DNA from: Balanoglossus misakiensis
Taxonomy: Eukaryota > Animalia > Hemichordata
DNA: 64,000 nt
Assembly: GCA_040954595.2 (NCBI GenBank)
Contig: CM082584.2
Span: 3,255,344-3,319,343 of the forward strand
Reading direction: 5' to 3'
Shown: piece by piece, positions 11,401 through 24,459 of the stretch
How positions within the stretch are numbered: position 1 is the first letter of the stretch
Layout: each line of letters begins with the position of its first letter
The notes under the pieces: model-generated
Database searches by the model: none
Told to the model about the DNA's origin: nothing
Seen by the model: only the letters and a program-made list of their open reading frames with translations
Position numbers and translations under genes: made by a program

Positions 11401-14400
11401 GGATGTCGAGATATGCAAAAGTAGGTCAAAGGTCACCTGAGGTCACCCAACATTTGGGCAAAATATTTTGACCCCATACTGATCCATGTCCAAAAAAACC
11501 AAACCTCTAGGTCTATTGGTTCATCTGTAATTAGGTATGTACATATTTAATGAGGTCAGCAGAGGTCAAAGGGGTCATGAAAAGTAGCAAAATTTTTGGA
11601 TCACATACAAATCGACATACATCAAAAACCAAACTTATAGCCCTATTGGTTAGCCTGGAATTAGATATGCAGAAAAATCATGCGTCAAAAGTAGGTCAAA
11701 GGTCATTGCCAAAATTACCAAAATATTTATAGCTTATTCTTGTCATATGATGATTCATATCCATACAAAGAATTTCTGTGCTATCAATTTTTAGGCTAGA
11801 AAGGGAATTTTTACTTTTTAATCGTTTTTCACAAAATCCAATATGGCCGCCATAATCTTCGACCAATCACATTCCTCTTCGCAAACTTGATAGACATCTG
11901 TTTAGTGACCACACACACCAAATCTTGTGACTCGGTTATCGCCGGTTCTTGAGAAGAAGATTTTTGAAATTTTACTAGGGATTTTCGAAAATCCAATATG
12001 GCCGCCATAATCTTCAACCAATCACAATGATCTTCGCAAACTTGATAGACATCAGTTAGGTGACCTCATACCCCAAACCGCGTGACTCGGTTATCACCGG
12101 TTCTGGAGAAGAAGATTTTTGAAATTTAAGCCAGATTTCAGAAAAAAAATTGTAGCAAAAAAACTGCAACATTGACAGCATAATTTCCAATTACAAAAAT
12201 GATGGGCAGAAGGTAAACTACCTGCACACCAAATTTGAAGTCGATCTGACTTGTAGTTTCTGAGATCTGAGATTTGCTTTTTTTCAGAATATCCAATATG
12301 GCCGCCAGGTCACGTGACTAATTAAAAATTCAAGGGTTCAATGCACGACTACTCATTGACCTTGACCACTGTAGCAAGTTTCAGAAGTGTACCTGCAGCA
12401 GTGTCTGAGATCTAGAGCGACAAAGAATTGACACAAGAATAAAGAAAGAAAGAAAGAAAGAAAGAAAGAATATAGCTGCAAGCAGCGATGACGGGCCCAA
12501 GCTTAAGCCGAAGGTCAAAGGTCATAAGTGGTCACCCAAAATTTGGGCAAGAAATTTTGACCCCATACTGGTCCGTGTCCCACAAGAACAAAATCTCTAG
12601 CCCTATTGGTTCGCCTACAATTATGTATGTGCATAATTAATGAGGTAAAGTGTAAGGCTCCATCAGGAGTTCCATCCCTCCAAATGCCAAGGCTGTAGAT
12701 GCTGTGCATGCCGAGATATGGTAAAGTAGGTCAAAGGTCACCTGAGGTCACCCAAAATTTGGGCAAGAAATTTTGACCCCATACTGGTTCATGTTCAGCA
12801 AAAATCAAACCTCTAGTCCTATTGGTTGGCCTGGAATTAGGTATGCACATAATTAATGAGATAAGCAGGTGTCACAGGTGACCCTCAATTTTGGCTTTTA
12901 AATTTTAATCCCAACCCTCCAAACGCCAAGTCTGTACCTGCTCTGGATGCCGAGATATAGGAAAGTAGGTCAAAGGTCACCTGAGGTCACCCAAAATTTG
13001 GGCAATTTTTTTTTACCCTATACTGGTCCATGTCCCACAAGCACAAAACCTCTAGCCCTATTAGTTAGCCCAGAATTAGGTATGCACATAATTAATGAGT
13101 TAAGCAGGTGTTACAGGTGAGCCCAAAATTTTGCCTTTTATTTTGGTCCCATTTTGCTCACGGGCCAATAGAGAGTCACAGTACAGGACCATTGCACAGA
13201 TGTGGACATAGCATCATAGCTTAACTATAGAAAGTATAGGCCTATGGGTGGGTCCAAAAAATATGAAATATAATATTTAAAAATCTTCTTCTCAAAATTG
13301 ACTTGGCCCAGAGCCTTGAAATTTAGCATGTAGGACACTGACCATATGGTCCGCAAAATGATTGCACAGAATTTTGATATCGTCATTCATATGCAAATTA
13401 GGCCCATTTGAAAACTTTGCCCATATATGGTCATCAGGTCATGTGACTAATTACACATTCACGAGGGTACTGCACGAGCTCTCATAGACCTGCACCATTG
13501 TGCCAAGTTTGAGATTTGTAGGTTCAGCCGTTTTCAAGATCTACCTGAGCAAAAAAACTACACAAGAAAAAAAAAAAAAAATATAGCTGCAAGCAGCAAT
13601 AGCGGGCCCAAGCCAACATAGTACATAGCACATAGCAACATAGCAATAAGCATATCTGCTCTGGATGCCAAGATATGGTTAAGTAGGTCAAAGGTCACCT
13701 GAGGTCATGCAAAATTTGGGCAAGAAATTTTGACCCTATACTGGTCCATGTTCAACAAAAACCAAACCTATAGCCCTATTGGTTAGCCTGGAATTAGGTA
13801 TGCACATAATTAATGAGGTAGGCAGGTGTCACAGGTGATCCCTAATTTTGTCTTTTCAATTTTAGTCCCAACCCTCCAAACGCCAAGTCTGTACCTGCTC
13901 TGGATGCCAAGATCTGGTAAAGTAGGTCAAAGGTCACCCGAGGTCAAGCAAAATTTGGGCAAGAAATTTTGAACCTATACTGGTCCATGTTCAACAAAAA
14001 CCAAACCTATAGCCCTATTGGTTAGCCTGGAATTAGGTATGCACATAATAAATGAGATATACAGGTGTCACAGGTGACCCCCATTTTGGCTTTTCAATTT
14101 TAGTCCCAACCCTCCAAACGCCAAGTCTGTACCTGCTCTGGATGCCGAGATATAGGAAAGTAGGTCAAAGGTCACCTGAGGTCACCCAAAATTTGGGCAA
14201 GAAATTTTTACCCTATACTGGTCCATGTCCCACAAGAACGAAACCTCTAGCCCTCTTAGTTAGCCCAGAATTAGGTATGCACATAATTAATGAGTTAAGC
14301 AGGTGTTACAGGTGAGCCTAAAATTTTGCCTTTTATTTTGGTGCCATTGTGCTCACTGACCAATAGATAGTCACTGTACAAGACTATTGCACAGGCCAGA

Positions 14401-15214
14401 ATTCCACAATAAGACATGGACATAGCTTAACCATAGAGGTATAGGTAAAGGTATAAATTTAATAAAAAAATTAATATAAAAAAATCGGTCGATTTTTCAT
14501 ATTATTTTTTTCCGCTTAAAATTATTGACAAATGCTAGGCTAGCTGCACACCAAAGTTGGAGATGATCGGCCTAACAGATTTTGAGATATGTATGCATAT
14601 TTATCCAAAATAATATGTTGTCATAGCTTAACTATGTAAAGTATAGGCACATGGCTTGGGCGAAAAATATGAAAAATAATACTTAAAAATCTTCTTCTCA
14701 AAATTGACATGGCCTATGGCCTTGACATTTGGCATGTAGAACCCTGGCTATGTGGTCTACAAAGCATCTGAACAGAAATTTGATATCTCCATTCATATGC
14801 AAATTAGGCCGATTTGAAAATTTTGCCCATATATGGTCATCAGGTCACATGACTTATTAAACATTCACAAGGGTACTGCACCAGCTCTCGTTGGCCTGCA
14901 CCATTGTGCTAAGTTTGAAATTGGTAGGTTCAGCCGTTCTCCAGATCTACTTGACAAAAAAAACGGCACAAGAAGAAAAAGAAGAAAAACTCCAGTAAAA
15001 ACAATAGGGCCCAAGCCTGCTGGGCTTGGGCCCTAAAAAGATGAAAAACCCCAGTAATACCAATAGGGCACAAGCCTGCTTGGCTTGTGCCCTAAAGAAA
15101 GAAAAACCCCAACGAAACCAATAGGGCCCAAGCGCTGGTATGCGCTTGGGCCCTAAATATTCCAACAATAACAATGGGGGCACAAGCCGCCTGAGGGCGC
15201 TTGTGCCCCCAATT
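8413..15214 (+). mobile_element. Nest of five non-autonomous Helentron-associated (HINE/DINE-like) elements
   Basis: Five starts ta(a/t)agctgcaagcagc...gggc(c/a)caagc at 8413, 9633, 10792, 12471 and 13582. Five GC hairpin ends at 10756-10789, 15005-15035, 15064-15094, 15122-15155 and 15176-15210. Internal 180-240 bp tandem modules, (GAA/GAAA)n tracts before the hairpins, no TSDs. Confidence 0.8.
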
Positions 15215-18200
15215 ACTGTAAAACTGTGTATGACTCTGTTCCTACAGATATATTCCTACGATTTGCAATGTCAATTTTCAGTGCATTATGATTATTGCCG
15301 ATGCTACGGCCGGGTGCTACGGGCACTGTAAGATCTGCTTGGCTGGGCTGCGTGTCTTATCACCGCAGACGTACACACAAAGCCCCGGCTGCCACGCAGA
15401 GCTACGGGCACTGTGTACATGCACGTATATCCACGGTTCATCTTGATTGCCACAGTGATTCATAGTTTGAAGACTTGAGCACAGTGTCAAAAGAAAAGAA
15501 ATGACTGAAGTTATGTTTATTGAGAACAAGCTTTTGTAATTTGTCTATTCTGATACATAGACTGACCGCGTCCACGATATAGGCACTACGAGCTGTACGA
15601 CTACGAATGAAATCCTCAACTAGGCCCCCTGTGACTTTGGCCTTCCACTCTCCACAAACTGTTCAGAACGGGGAGAGAGTGAAGGGAGGCAGTACAAGAT
15701 TTATACGCTGAAATACAGCGATCATGCTAGCCAATTTCGACACAACGAAAATTTGATGATTGCAGACTCTGCAGAGCAACAGTTCGGCGATACAACTCGG
15801 CCAAGTACGTGCAATTCTATGAGCTACTCTGAGGCTGTTGCGTCACAATACGGGCTGAGTTTAAGGAGCTCTTGAGCGAATACCTCTGGGGGTTGCATCA
15901 TGATTTTTTTAATTTTATTACAAGATATATCGAATTCACTGAAAATGATGTTTAAATTTAAAAATTCATTTTTATATAAAAGTGCGGCAGTTCGTAAAAA
16001 CCCGGAAGTGCGGCGTGTTTTGATTTTACTTGTTCTGGGGTCACTCCGTAATTCGCTCATTTTTGCAAAGAAAACATGTTTTTTACCAACAAAAAACATA
16101 CAGATATGTAGTTTAGATATAATTGTGGCCATGTTATCAGTTTGAGTCATTCAACTGCCGTCCCTGCTTGTTAATTTGGCATTAAAAAAAGCGCGGGACT
16201 TTCGCATGCCACTTCTGGCTGTGTGTACGACAGAACGTTGAGGGCGTCACCAGAACTAAAAAACTGGGCAATTAACGGTCAAATGGCTGACCTGCGTTCG
16301 GGCTGAAGAAAAAATTTCACCAGTGCTTTGTAAAAATAATAAATTTTGATTTCGGCGCCTACACTATTTTTGACGACATGGTAGTGCCGGGCGCGAGCTA
16401 GCGATAAAAGCTGACGGTGCTCGCCAGCTCGCGCGACAAGACATAGCGACAGACGACATCACATCAGAAACGATGGAGAAGCAAAGAGCAGTCAGATCGC
16501 ACGGTGCTCATTTGCATATGAAAGTTCGTCAAGCCAGCGACCGTTAATTTTCAAACAGACGGCAATAGGCCAATTTTCAAGGTGATTTTCAACTTGATTT
16601 TTACACTCCGTGGTACAATAAAATACCATGCTAGCTCGATAAATTTCGAAAGTGATTCCTATTTTGCACTGCAGACGTAAATTTTATGAGAATCTGTCGG
16701 TAATAGTAGTAGTTTTTAGCGTGTTTTCGGTGGTATGTTGGTGACCTCGGAAGAGACGTCCACAAACGTGCCAAAAATCATTTAAAGACGACCTCGGAAG
16801 TTAACCAAGTTTTCGTGACAGATAGGTCTAATATCGGTCCCAACATCCGTGAAAAGAAATTAACTCGAAATGCTTGTGTAACGGTCAGCTTAAAAATAAT
16901 CGATGTAGTTCGACGATATGACCCGGAAGTATAGGCCCTACGTTGACCTCTCCATGTTAGGCTTGTAAATACGGAAGTGTTGCGTTGCTCGTGAAACGAC
17001 ACGTTTATCGTGGGGAAAACAGTTTCTGAAAGACACTTGTCAAGTAAAAATTACTGGATAGTGTATAACACTCTAAGGTAACATATCAGCCAAGTTTTAA
17101 CTTAATTACTGGCCTGATTTCGACACAACATCGATCAATCGCACGAGTGCCGCGCCCGGGTGCTCCACACGCCGTACGCCTACATTGGGCTACAAACAAA
17201 TATTTGATTACCCATGCACAGAATGCCAGGTTTACCGTACGTGAGGAGCTCAGCTGACGTATTTTGTATATACATTTTTTTCTCCGCATCGTGGGATATA
17301 AGTAGACTTTTCGAAAATGCCAAGTGTAACTTCGAAACCACTTCCCTTTATTCGCCGATGATATTATGCAATAAATACAACATTTGTGTCTGAAGGCGAG
17401 CGATTTGTCATCATTGCATTGGGTCGATAAATAATAATAGTAATTTATTTATTAAACAATGATCAAAATACTACTACAAAATACAGGATAAAGAGTTAAA
17501 AATACAACAAAATACAGAATAAATTGTCAACTCAGACAGCTAAAATAAAACAGTCAACTGCAACACCACCACCACAAAAATCAGTCTTCATCAATCTGAA
17601 AGAACAATAAAATTAAAAAAAGTGAGTTTCCTTGACGGGCAAACCTTCATAAAATAATTGTTAGGGTTTAGTAAAACTCGGGATTACATATCAGCAATCA
17701 AAATTTCTTCGCACGAGAGAGGAGGGTAAACTACGCAGCTGGTACAACCCAGGATCAAGCCTGCGCCAGCGTATATACGTACACATGCATGCTGTCTTCT
17801 CCCGCCATTTTGCAGAAGAAGTGGCGCTCACGGGTTGAAAAGTAAACAAAATGGCGCTCACAGGTTGAAAGGTAAACAAAATTGAACTGGTCATATCGTC
17901 ACTATCAAAGCTTGGAAGTGAATGAAAACTCAAAGAGAGGGAGTTTGATGTCTATATTTTGATAAAAGTTTGAAATTTTGTGGTAAAATCCATGTGTAAC
18001 GGTCAGCTTAAAAATAATCGAGAGGATGTCAACGCTATGTGTTTTTTCACAGTCGTCAGAAATTTCGTGATTACAAAGAAACTACTCGACAGAAGTTGCC
18101 AAAAAATCATTCAGTAACAATCCAGTATACCTACCTTCAAGTGAATCCACGGTTTTGTCTTAAAATAATCCACATCGCCTGAAAACAGCTCTATAATATC

Positions 18201-18509
18201 GAGTAAAAAAATGGCCTATTTCGCGACCCGTCAGCGGGGCCCACTCTAACGGCTACATAGTTTGAAGTACTTTCCTCATTTACATATGTTAATGAATACC
18301 GTGCAATCTGACTGAGAGGACGTTACGTCCCAAAGTGCAGGTGTACGGCAACCGAGAAGGCTCATGAAATAAGAATACTATTTGCGACTTTTTTTTTTAA
18401 TTCTTGTTCGTTTTTGTGTTTATACTTAACATCTTAGCTTGAATTTTCTTTAACTTTGTTTTTAACTTTTAATTTCTGTTTAATTTTAACTTTAATTTTA
18501 ACTTTAACT

Positions 18510-19062
18510 TTGATTTCGATTTCGATTTTGATTTACGAAATAAAAAACTATCTAGATTTTGATTTTGATTTCCATTTCGATTTTGATTTCGATTTCGATT
18601 TTGATTTACGAAATGAAAAACGATCTGAATTTTGATTTCGATTTCGATTTTGATTTCGATTTTGATTTACGAAATAAAAAACGATCTGAATTTTGATTTC
18701 GATTTCGATTTTGATTTCGATTTTGATTTTGATTTTGATTTTGATTTCGATTGTGATTTCGATTTTGATTTTGATTTCGATTTCGATTTTGATTTCGATT
18801 TTGATTTACGAAATAAAAAACGATCTGAATTTTGATTTCGATTTTGATTTCGATTTTGATTTTGATTTTGATTTTGATTTCGATTTCGATTTTGATTTTG
18901 ATTTTGATTTCGATTTTGATTTCGATTTTGATTTACGAAATAAAAAACGATCTGAATTTTGATTTCGATTTTGATTTTGATTTTGATTTCGATTTTGATT
19001 TCGATTTTGATTTTGATTTTGATTTTGATTTCATTTTTGATTTTGATTTCAATTTTGATTTC
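18510..19062 (+). repeat. (GATTTC/GATTTT)n hexamer array in the left TIR, punctuated by ACGAAATAAAAAACGATCTGAA
   Basis: Directly visible; a shorter third array lies at 19925-19992. Confidence 0.95.
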
Positions 19063-21234
19063 GTTTTTCCAACCTTTGAACTTTGACCTTCGTGATTGTC
19101 ACATGATACCTGTGGACCAATAAAAAAGGCTTTATGCAAATATCCAGTATTGTTGAATCGGCTCGGAAGTGGGAAGCCAAATCCCAGCAGACAAAACTCT
19201 GGCGTGGAACGTAGCAGACAAAATACGTAATCCACTTTAAAACTTCAATTTTGGACAGTAGACTTAAATATTACCTCAATTAAACTAATCGAAATTAAAA
19301 TATCCTATATTTAGCTGGAAAAATCACGCCACGGATGGAAATCGCCGACGAAAAATATACTCCCTTCGCGACCGTGCGTTACTTCCTGGTTAAACATTGT
19401 GTAAAGTGTGAGGCCACTGTCCTTTATCAGCAAAACAATACACATGTATAGTCTTAAGGAGGATCATAATGACAGTTTTATGTTGCGACTTACAGGTGAT
19501 TCTCTGACCATACCAATAGAATGATGGGCCATTTACCACATAATTTGGTAAAAACCATAACATGAAATATTATTTAGTTTCAAACTAAAATAATTAAAAA
19601 ATGCTCAGAGCCTTTAAACTAGTCTATGATATTAACATAAAATTCATGGATTTACTCAAACATTTGCATTAAAATGTTAAATGTAACTGTACGGCTCTAA
19701 GGCACGTATAAGCAGTTTGTAGCTTCAAGTGTTATACCGTCCCATTGTCCCTGTCTCTACAAGTTGACCCCATCCTCGATCAGGATAGCTGAAAATCAGA
19801 GGTCAAAGGTCAAATACGATTAAAAAGCTGTTTTTGGCATAAATTTGTCTAAATGTCTTTAATATTTTGTGTTCAATCATTGCACATTTAGTTACTCTTT
19901 CACATGAAATAAAATGTGCAAATCGATTTCGATTTTGATTTCGATTTTGATTTCGATTTCGATTTCGATTTTGATTTTGATTTCGATTTCGTTTTTTCAA
20001 CCTTTGAACTTTAACCTTTGAACTTTAACCTTTGAACCTTTTAACTTTAAGCGTTGGTGTTGTTGACGTGATGCGACGCGTTTCATCGTGTTTTGGATAG
20101 TCTTCGCTCAGAAATATCGTATCACGTAAGTTTTTAGTGTTTAAACTTCTCTGATTTCGCATGGCCGGGGTAAATCACGTGAATATAGGGAGGTCGGTAC
20201 GGTGACCATAGCAAACGATCTTGTCCCGACGGCATGATCACGGGCCCGGCACTTGCTACCTGCATAACCGTAGCGCGAGGTTTTGGCTGGGTTTGTGCAT
20301 GTGGGTGGGTTGGCGTCCAACCCACAAGCCCAGCCAAAACCTCGAGCTACGGTTCTGCAGCTAGGCACATGCATGAGATGATTAGTAATGAACTAGCCAT
20401 ACTTGGCGAGTGTCCGGCTATGAAATGGCCTCCACCTGTTTTGGTGCGGAGTTGTGAAGCGCTAGCAGCGCAGCCATAGCCGGTTACTTGCCATACTATA
20501 CCAGTACTACTAGGCTAAGTCACGAACTTGCTTAGTGAGTCCTGGTACGTAGTAGTAGTAGTAGTAGTAGTAGTAGCCCAACGAGTAACTGCAGTACTGT
20601 AGACGGTTTTGTCGTCCGACGCCCAGGCAAAACCTCGAGCTACGGTACTGCAGCTACCCTACGAGTACATTTCGAGATTGTCCAGCAATGGCTGCGCCGC
20701 TAGCGCCTCACAACTCCGCATCAAAACATGCACGTTCAAAGAATGTTGACAGAAATGCGGGTCGGTTGAACAAACCAAACAATACTCTAAAGCTTGTAAC
20801 ATATTAACTGCCTCGTAATGCCCAAACTAGAAGTCATTTGCAGTGTCCTCAATGACCACTGAGTGACATCGACATCAGCTTGAGTGACTTGTCTTTAGCT
20901 GAGTCAGGGTGTCGCTACGAGTATGGCCAGTAATTATTAGCTATACGACCTATTCTGACGTACGTTATAGAGCTTGATTATCACCTGCGGACCAGTTGGT
21001 TAGAAGTATCGCCCTATCCAAGTTTCAGTTACAATTTAAGTTTTATGTAAGAGTGTTTTGTTTTGGCGCGATTGTGAATGTGACCGCCATAGAGCAGTCC
21101 CTATGACATGTGGCAAACCAGGCAAAACCTTGAGTAGCTCTGCCATGCATTTACATTTGTCATTGCTGTTTACCTGGGTCTAAAAATAATTATGGAAAGA
21201 ATCATTTTTAATATTCTTTTTATATCCTGTGCAG

Positions 21235-21345
21235 GTGTTAAGATAGTATGAATATTTCGGAGTACCTAGAACATTTGGTTATACGAGGAAAGGATAACAA
21301 AACTATCCTTAAATATCTACAGAAAGATCATGGCATTTCCTGGAG
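21235..21345 (+). pseudogene. Probable first coding exon remnant of the IS3EU-like transposase
   Basis: Polypyrimidine-CAG acceptor and GTAAT donor flank MNISEYLEHLVIRGKDNKTILKYLQKDHGISW, which resembles the HTH N-terminus of such transposases. Confidence 0.4.
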
Positions 21346-22811
21346 GTAATGTATATATCTGCCAATTGTAGTACCAGGGTATTACCTAAATATCATAAAG
21401 AGCACTAAAATGGCCACTCATTGCTTTTAACTTTGAAAATGTCTTTTGGGTCCACAAGACATGACATACTGTACACACACATGTATGCATGTTGATTTGT
21501 GTCATACAAACCAATATGGCTGCTGGACGACCATTTTCTTACATTTTTAAGACATTGGCTTATTAATATTAACGAGTTTGTGTACATGTAGCTGTTTTTT
21601 GTATTTTTAATTTTATTGTTGACTCGTATGTCACCTGCAATTTAATTGCAAGCTTTAAAACTCAAAGCACTTTGTGGACAGAGATGTAGGCTGTGTTAGA
21701 TAGTTAGAGATGTAGGGTTATTTAATTGTTCAGAAGATGTAATGATGATGGTGTGAACAGTTTAGAAAAGCAGTGCTCCAAGCACAGCATCTTGGTCAAA
21801 CTGTTACAGAGATGAATCTGTAGCACTTTGTAAGGCTTTCCCAAGACAAATGCTTCTCAAAACTGTTTTTTTATTTATTCCTGTAGTATTGCAGTGGAAT
21901 AGCGGAGAGCAAGACATGGTGTATTTCCTTCACAATTCAGTCGGTTTCTTATACAATCGCCACCAAGATCAGCTTTTGCACACATGATGTGCATACAAAC
22001 ACATGCGTGCACACACACACACACACACGTGTATACCCATGCACACTCATTCAGAGCGTCTCTCACTCTGATCAATTCCGTAAATAAGAGTGCCTATCAG
22101 CTTCAAATACAAAGTAATTTGGTGGTGCGAGTTGAGACTTAGCTTAGCTATATGTATATTTGAATCAGACAATATGTGCAATATTGTAGCTATCTGTTGT
22201 GTACTTGATTGTTACCCCCCCTTCACCCTCCAATATTTGGTATGGCCCCATTGTTGTCAGTGGTATGGTTGGACCTATGGACAGAAAATTAGGGTGAAAG
22301 GGTTTGGCGGGCTTTAGAGACTTTTGATTTTTTTTTGTACAGACTTGCATAGACGTTAACTTTTTCATTTTGCATAAAATTGCAAGCAAATTGATTTTAC
22401 CCTGTTTGCTTTACTTTGTGGGTCCTTAATTCGGTTTTATCTTTAAAAATTTGTATTCTGTAACCTATTCCTATTCCGAATTTTAACCTTTTCTTCAGAA
22501 TCATGCAACTGCTCAGACTATCTCAGATATTATTATATTTTTAACAACATCCTTTTTTATGGCAAATAAATATATTGAAGTCTGAACCAGGTGTTTAAAA
22601 GTCTCTTCTGTCATGTAGGATGTGTTGAACATGAAATTGACCGTATGTGTTGTTGGTTTTGTTATGTTTTGTTGAAAGGCAGCTTTACGTCGCGATGAGG
22701 GGTCTTATGACACCAATGATTCGTCACCAAAACTTTCAAAGGGGTGAAATAGCGCCCTCTGACGACGAACAACTGATAGCTACAACGGTCAGAGTTCAAA
22801 GGTTGAAAAAA

Positions 22812-23292
22812 CGAAATCAAAATCAAAATCGAAATCAAAATCAAAATCGAAATCAAAATCGAAATCAAAATCGAAATCAAAATCGAAATCGAAATCAAAA
22901 TTCAGATCGTTTTTTATTTCGTAAATCAAAATCGAAATCAAAATCGAAATCGAAATCAAAATCAAAATCGAAATCAAAATCGAAATCAAAATCAAAATCG
23001 AAATCGAAATCAAAATCGAAATCGAAATCAAAATTCAGATCGTTTTTTATTTCGTAAATCAAAATCGAAATCAAAATCGAAATCAAAATCGAAATCGAAA
23101 TCGAAATCAAAATTCAGATCGTTTTTCATTTCGTAAATCAAAATCGAAATCGAAATCAAAATCGAAATCAAAATCAAAATCGAGATCGTTTTTCATTTCG
23201 TAAATCAAAATCGAAATCAAAATCGAAATGGAAATCAAAATCAAAATCTAGATCGTTTTTTATTTCGTAAATCAAAATCGAAATCGAAATCA
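22812..23292 (-). repeat. Inverted hexamer array in the right TIR
   Basis: (GAAATC/AAAATC)n, the reverse complement of the left array. Confidence 0.95.
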
Positions 23293-24459
23293 AAGTTAAA
23301 GTTAAAATTAAAGTTAAAATTAAACAGAAATTAAAAGTTAAAATCAAAGTTAAAGAAAATTCAAGCTAAGATGTTAAGTATAAACACAAAAACGAACAAG
23401 AATTTAAAAAAAAAGTCACAAATAGTATTCTTGTTTCATGAGCCTTCTCGGTTGCCGTACAGGTGTCCTCGACATGACAAATGGGGCAATCTAGCGGCCC
23501 CGTTGTTCCAATATGTCAAATTGCCAGCCTATGCCAAAAAATATATGGCTGGCTTTGGAACACGGGGATCTGTCTGTGCAGACTGCCTCAAACAAATGGT
23601 AAGTCACTCTTTAGTAACTTTTTTGTTATTCTGAAGACGTTACCTGCACAAAAAAACTATCGGTCAATGCTATTGATTCATGTTTAATATACGTAGCGTA
23701 TTTGTTATTTTGCAGAATTTACCCATGAAGTTATTACCATTATTGCATATGTACTACAGTATTCTAAGCGGCCCGTGCAATAATAATTCTGGTATTTTTG
23801 CAAGCTCATATGCAAATGAGCATCCAGAAGAATAAGATCCCCCATTTCCCCTTTAATCGATCGTATCTTTCAAAGTTTAACCCTCGTTCTGTTACACAAT
23901 CACTTGGAGTTCATATAAACCTCCAGAGGATATAACAAAAGTTTTATTTCAGTCGCAAAAAAGCCGATTGTTGTTTTAGTTGTGCGCGTGACAAAGTGGT
24001 ATTTTTCACAACCCATATGCAAATGAGTAAAAACAAGCCGGACTACGTTTTGTTTGTAAACATTGAACGCGGTCGGCAGAGCTGGAGTATGATCGCCGAA
24101 TCGTGGGGAATTTTCAACATTCGGAGACGTCATTGTCTTATCCTTCCCAAATTTTGTCAGAATAACAAAACATTAATTGGCAGTATGTTTGGGAACCTCG
24201 GAAAATTTCTCGCTATCGCCAGTTTCTCAAATATTCATAGTTCCACCCTACGGTATTAAGCAACGCCCCCCTTGGTTACTGTTGCTACGCCCCACAAGCT
24301 TTGAGCTTGTGGGACATTGACCTCCATAGCTCCACAACGTGGATGGGGAGCTAGATTCGTTCAGCGATAGTCTGCGCAACGTTCCTGGCGATATTTCTGT
24401 ATGCTACCTACCAGAGTTAAAAAAACAATCCAAGAAGTCACAGGAAAAGGGTTTAATTA

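Larger units (their letters stand above)
18344..23459. mobile_element. IS3EU-like DNA transposon (non-autonomous or decayed) with long TIRs
   Basis: Ends TACGGCAACCGAGAAGG...CCTTCTCGGTTGCCGTA with a 6-bp TSD CAGGTG (18338-18343, 23460-23465). TIRs span about 18344-19090 and 22788-23459. TAY termini with a 6-bp TSD match IS3EU. Confidence 0.85.

Noticed and set aside
8413-15214. CRISPR-like or tRNA/SINE interpretation of the regular repeats and hairpins
   Set aside because: The units are long homologous modules without unique spacers. The context is eukaryotic, with no cas genes, cloverleaf or clear A/B boxes.
20551-20577. (AGT)n as a Polinton/Maverick terminus
   Set aside because: No matching (ACT)n end and no Polinton genes in the window.
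18632-23110. ORFs with poly-(DF), (IS/IL), (SK) and (NQ/NR) runs
   Set aside because: These are translation artefacts of stop-free hexamer arrays within the TIRs.
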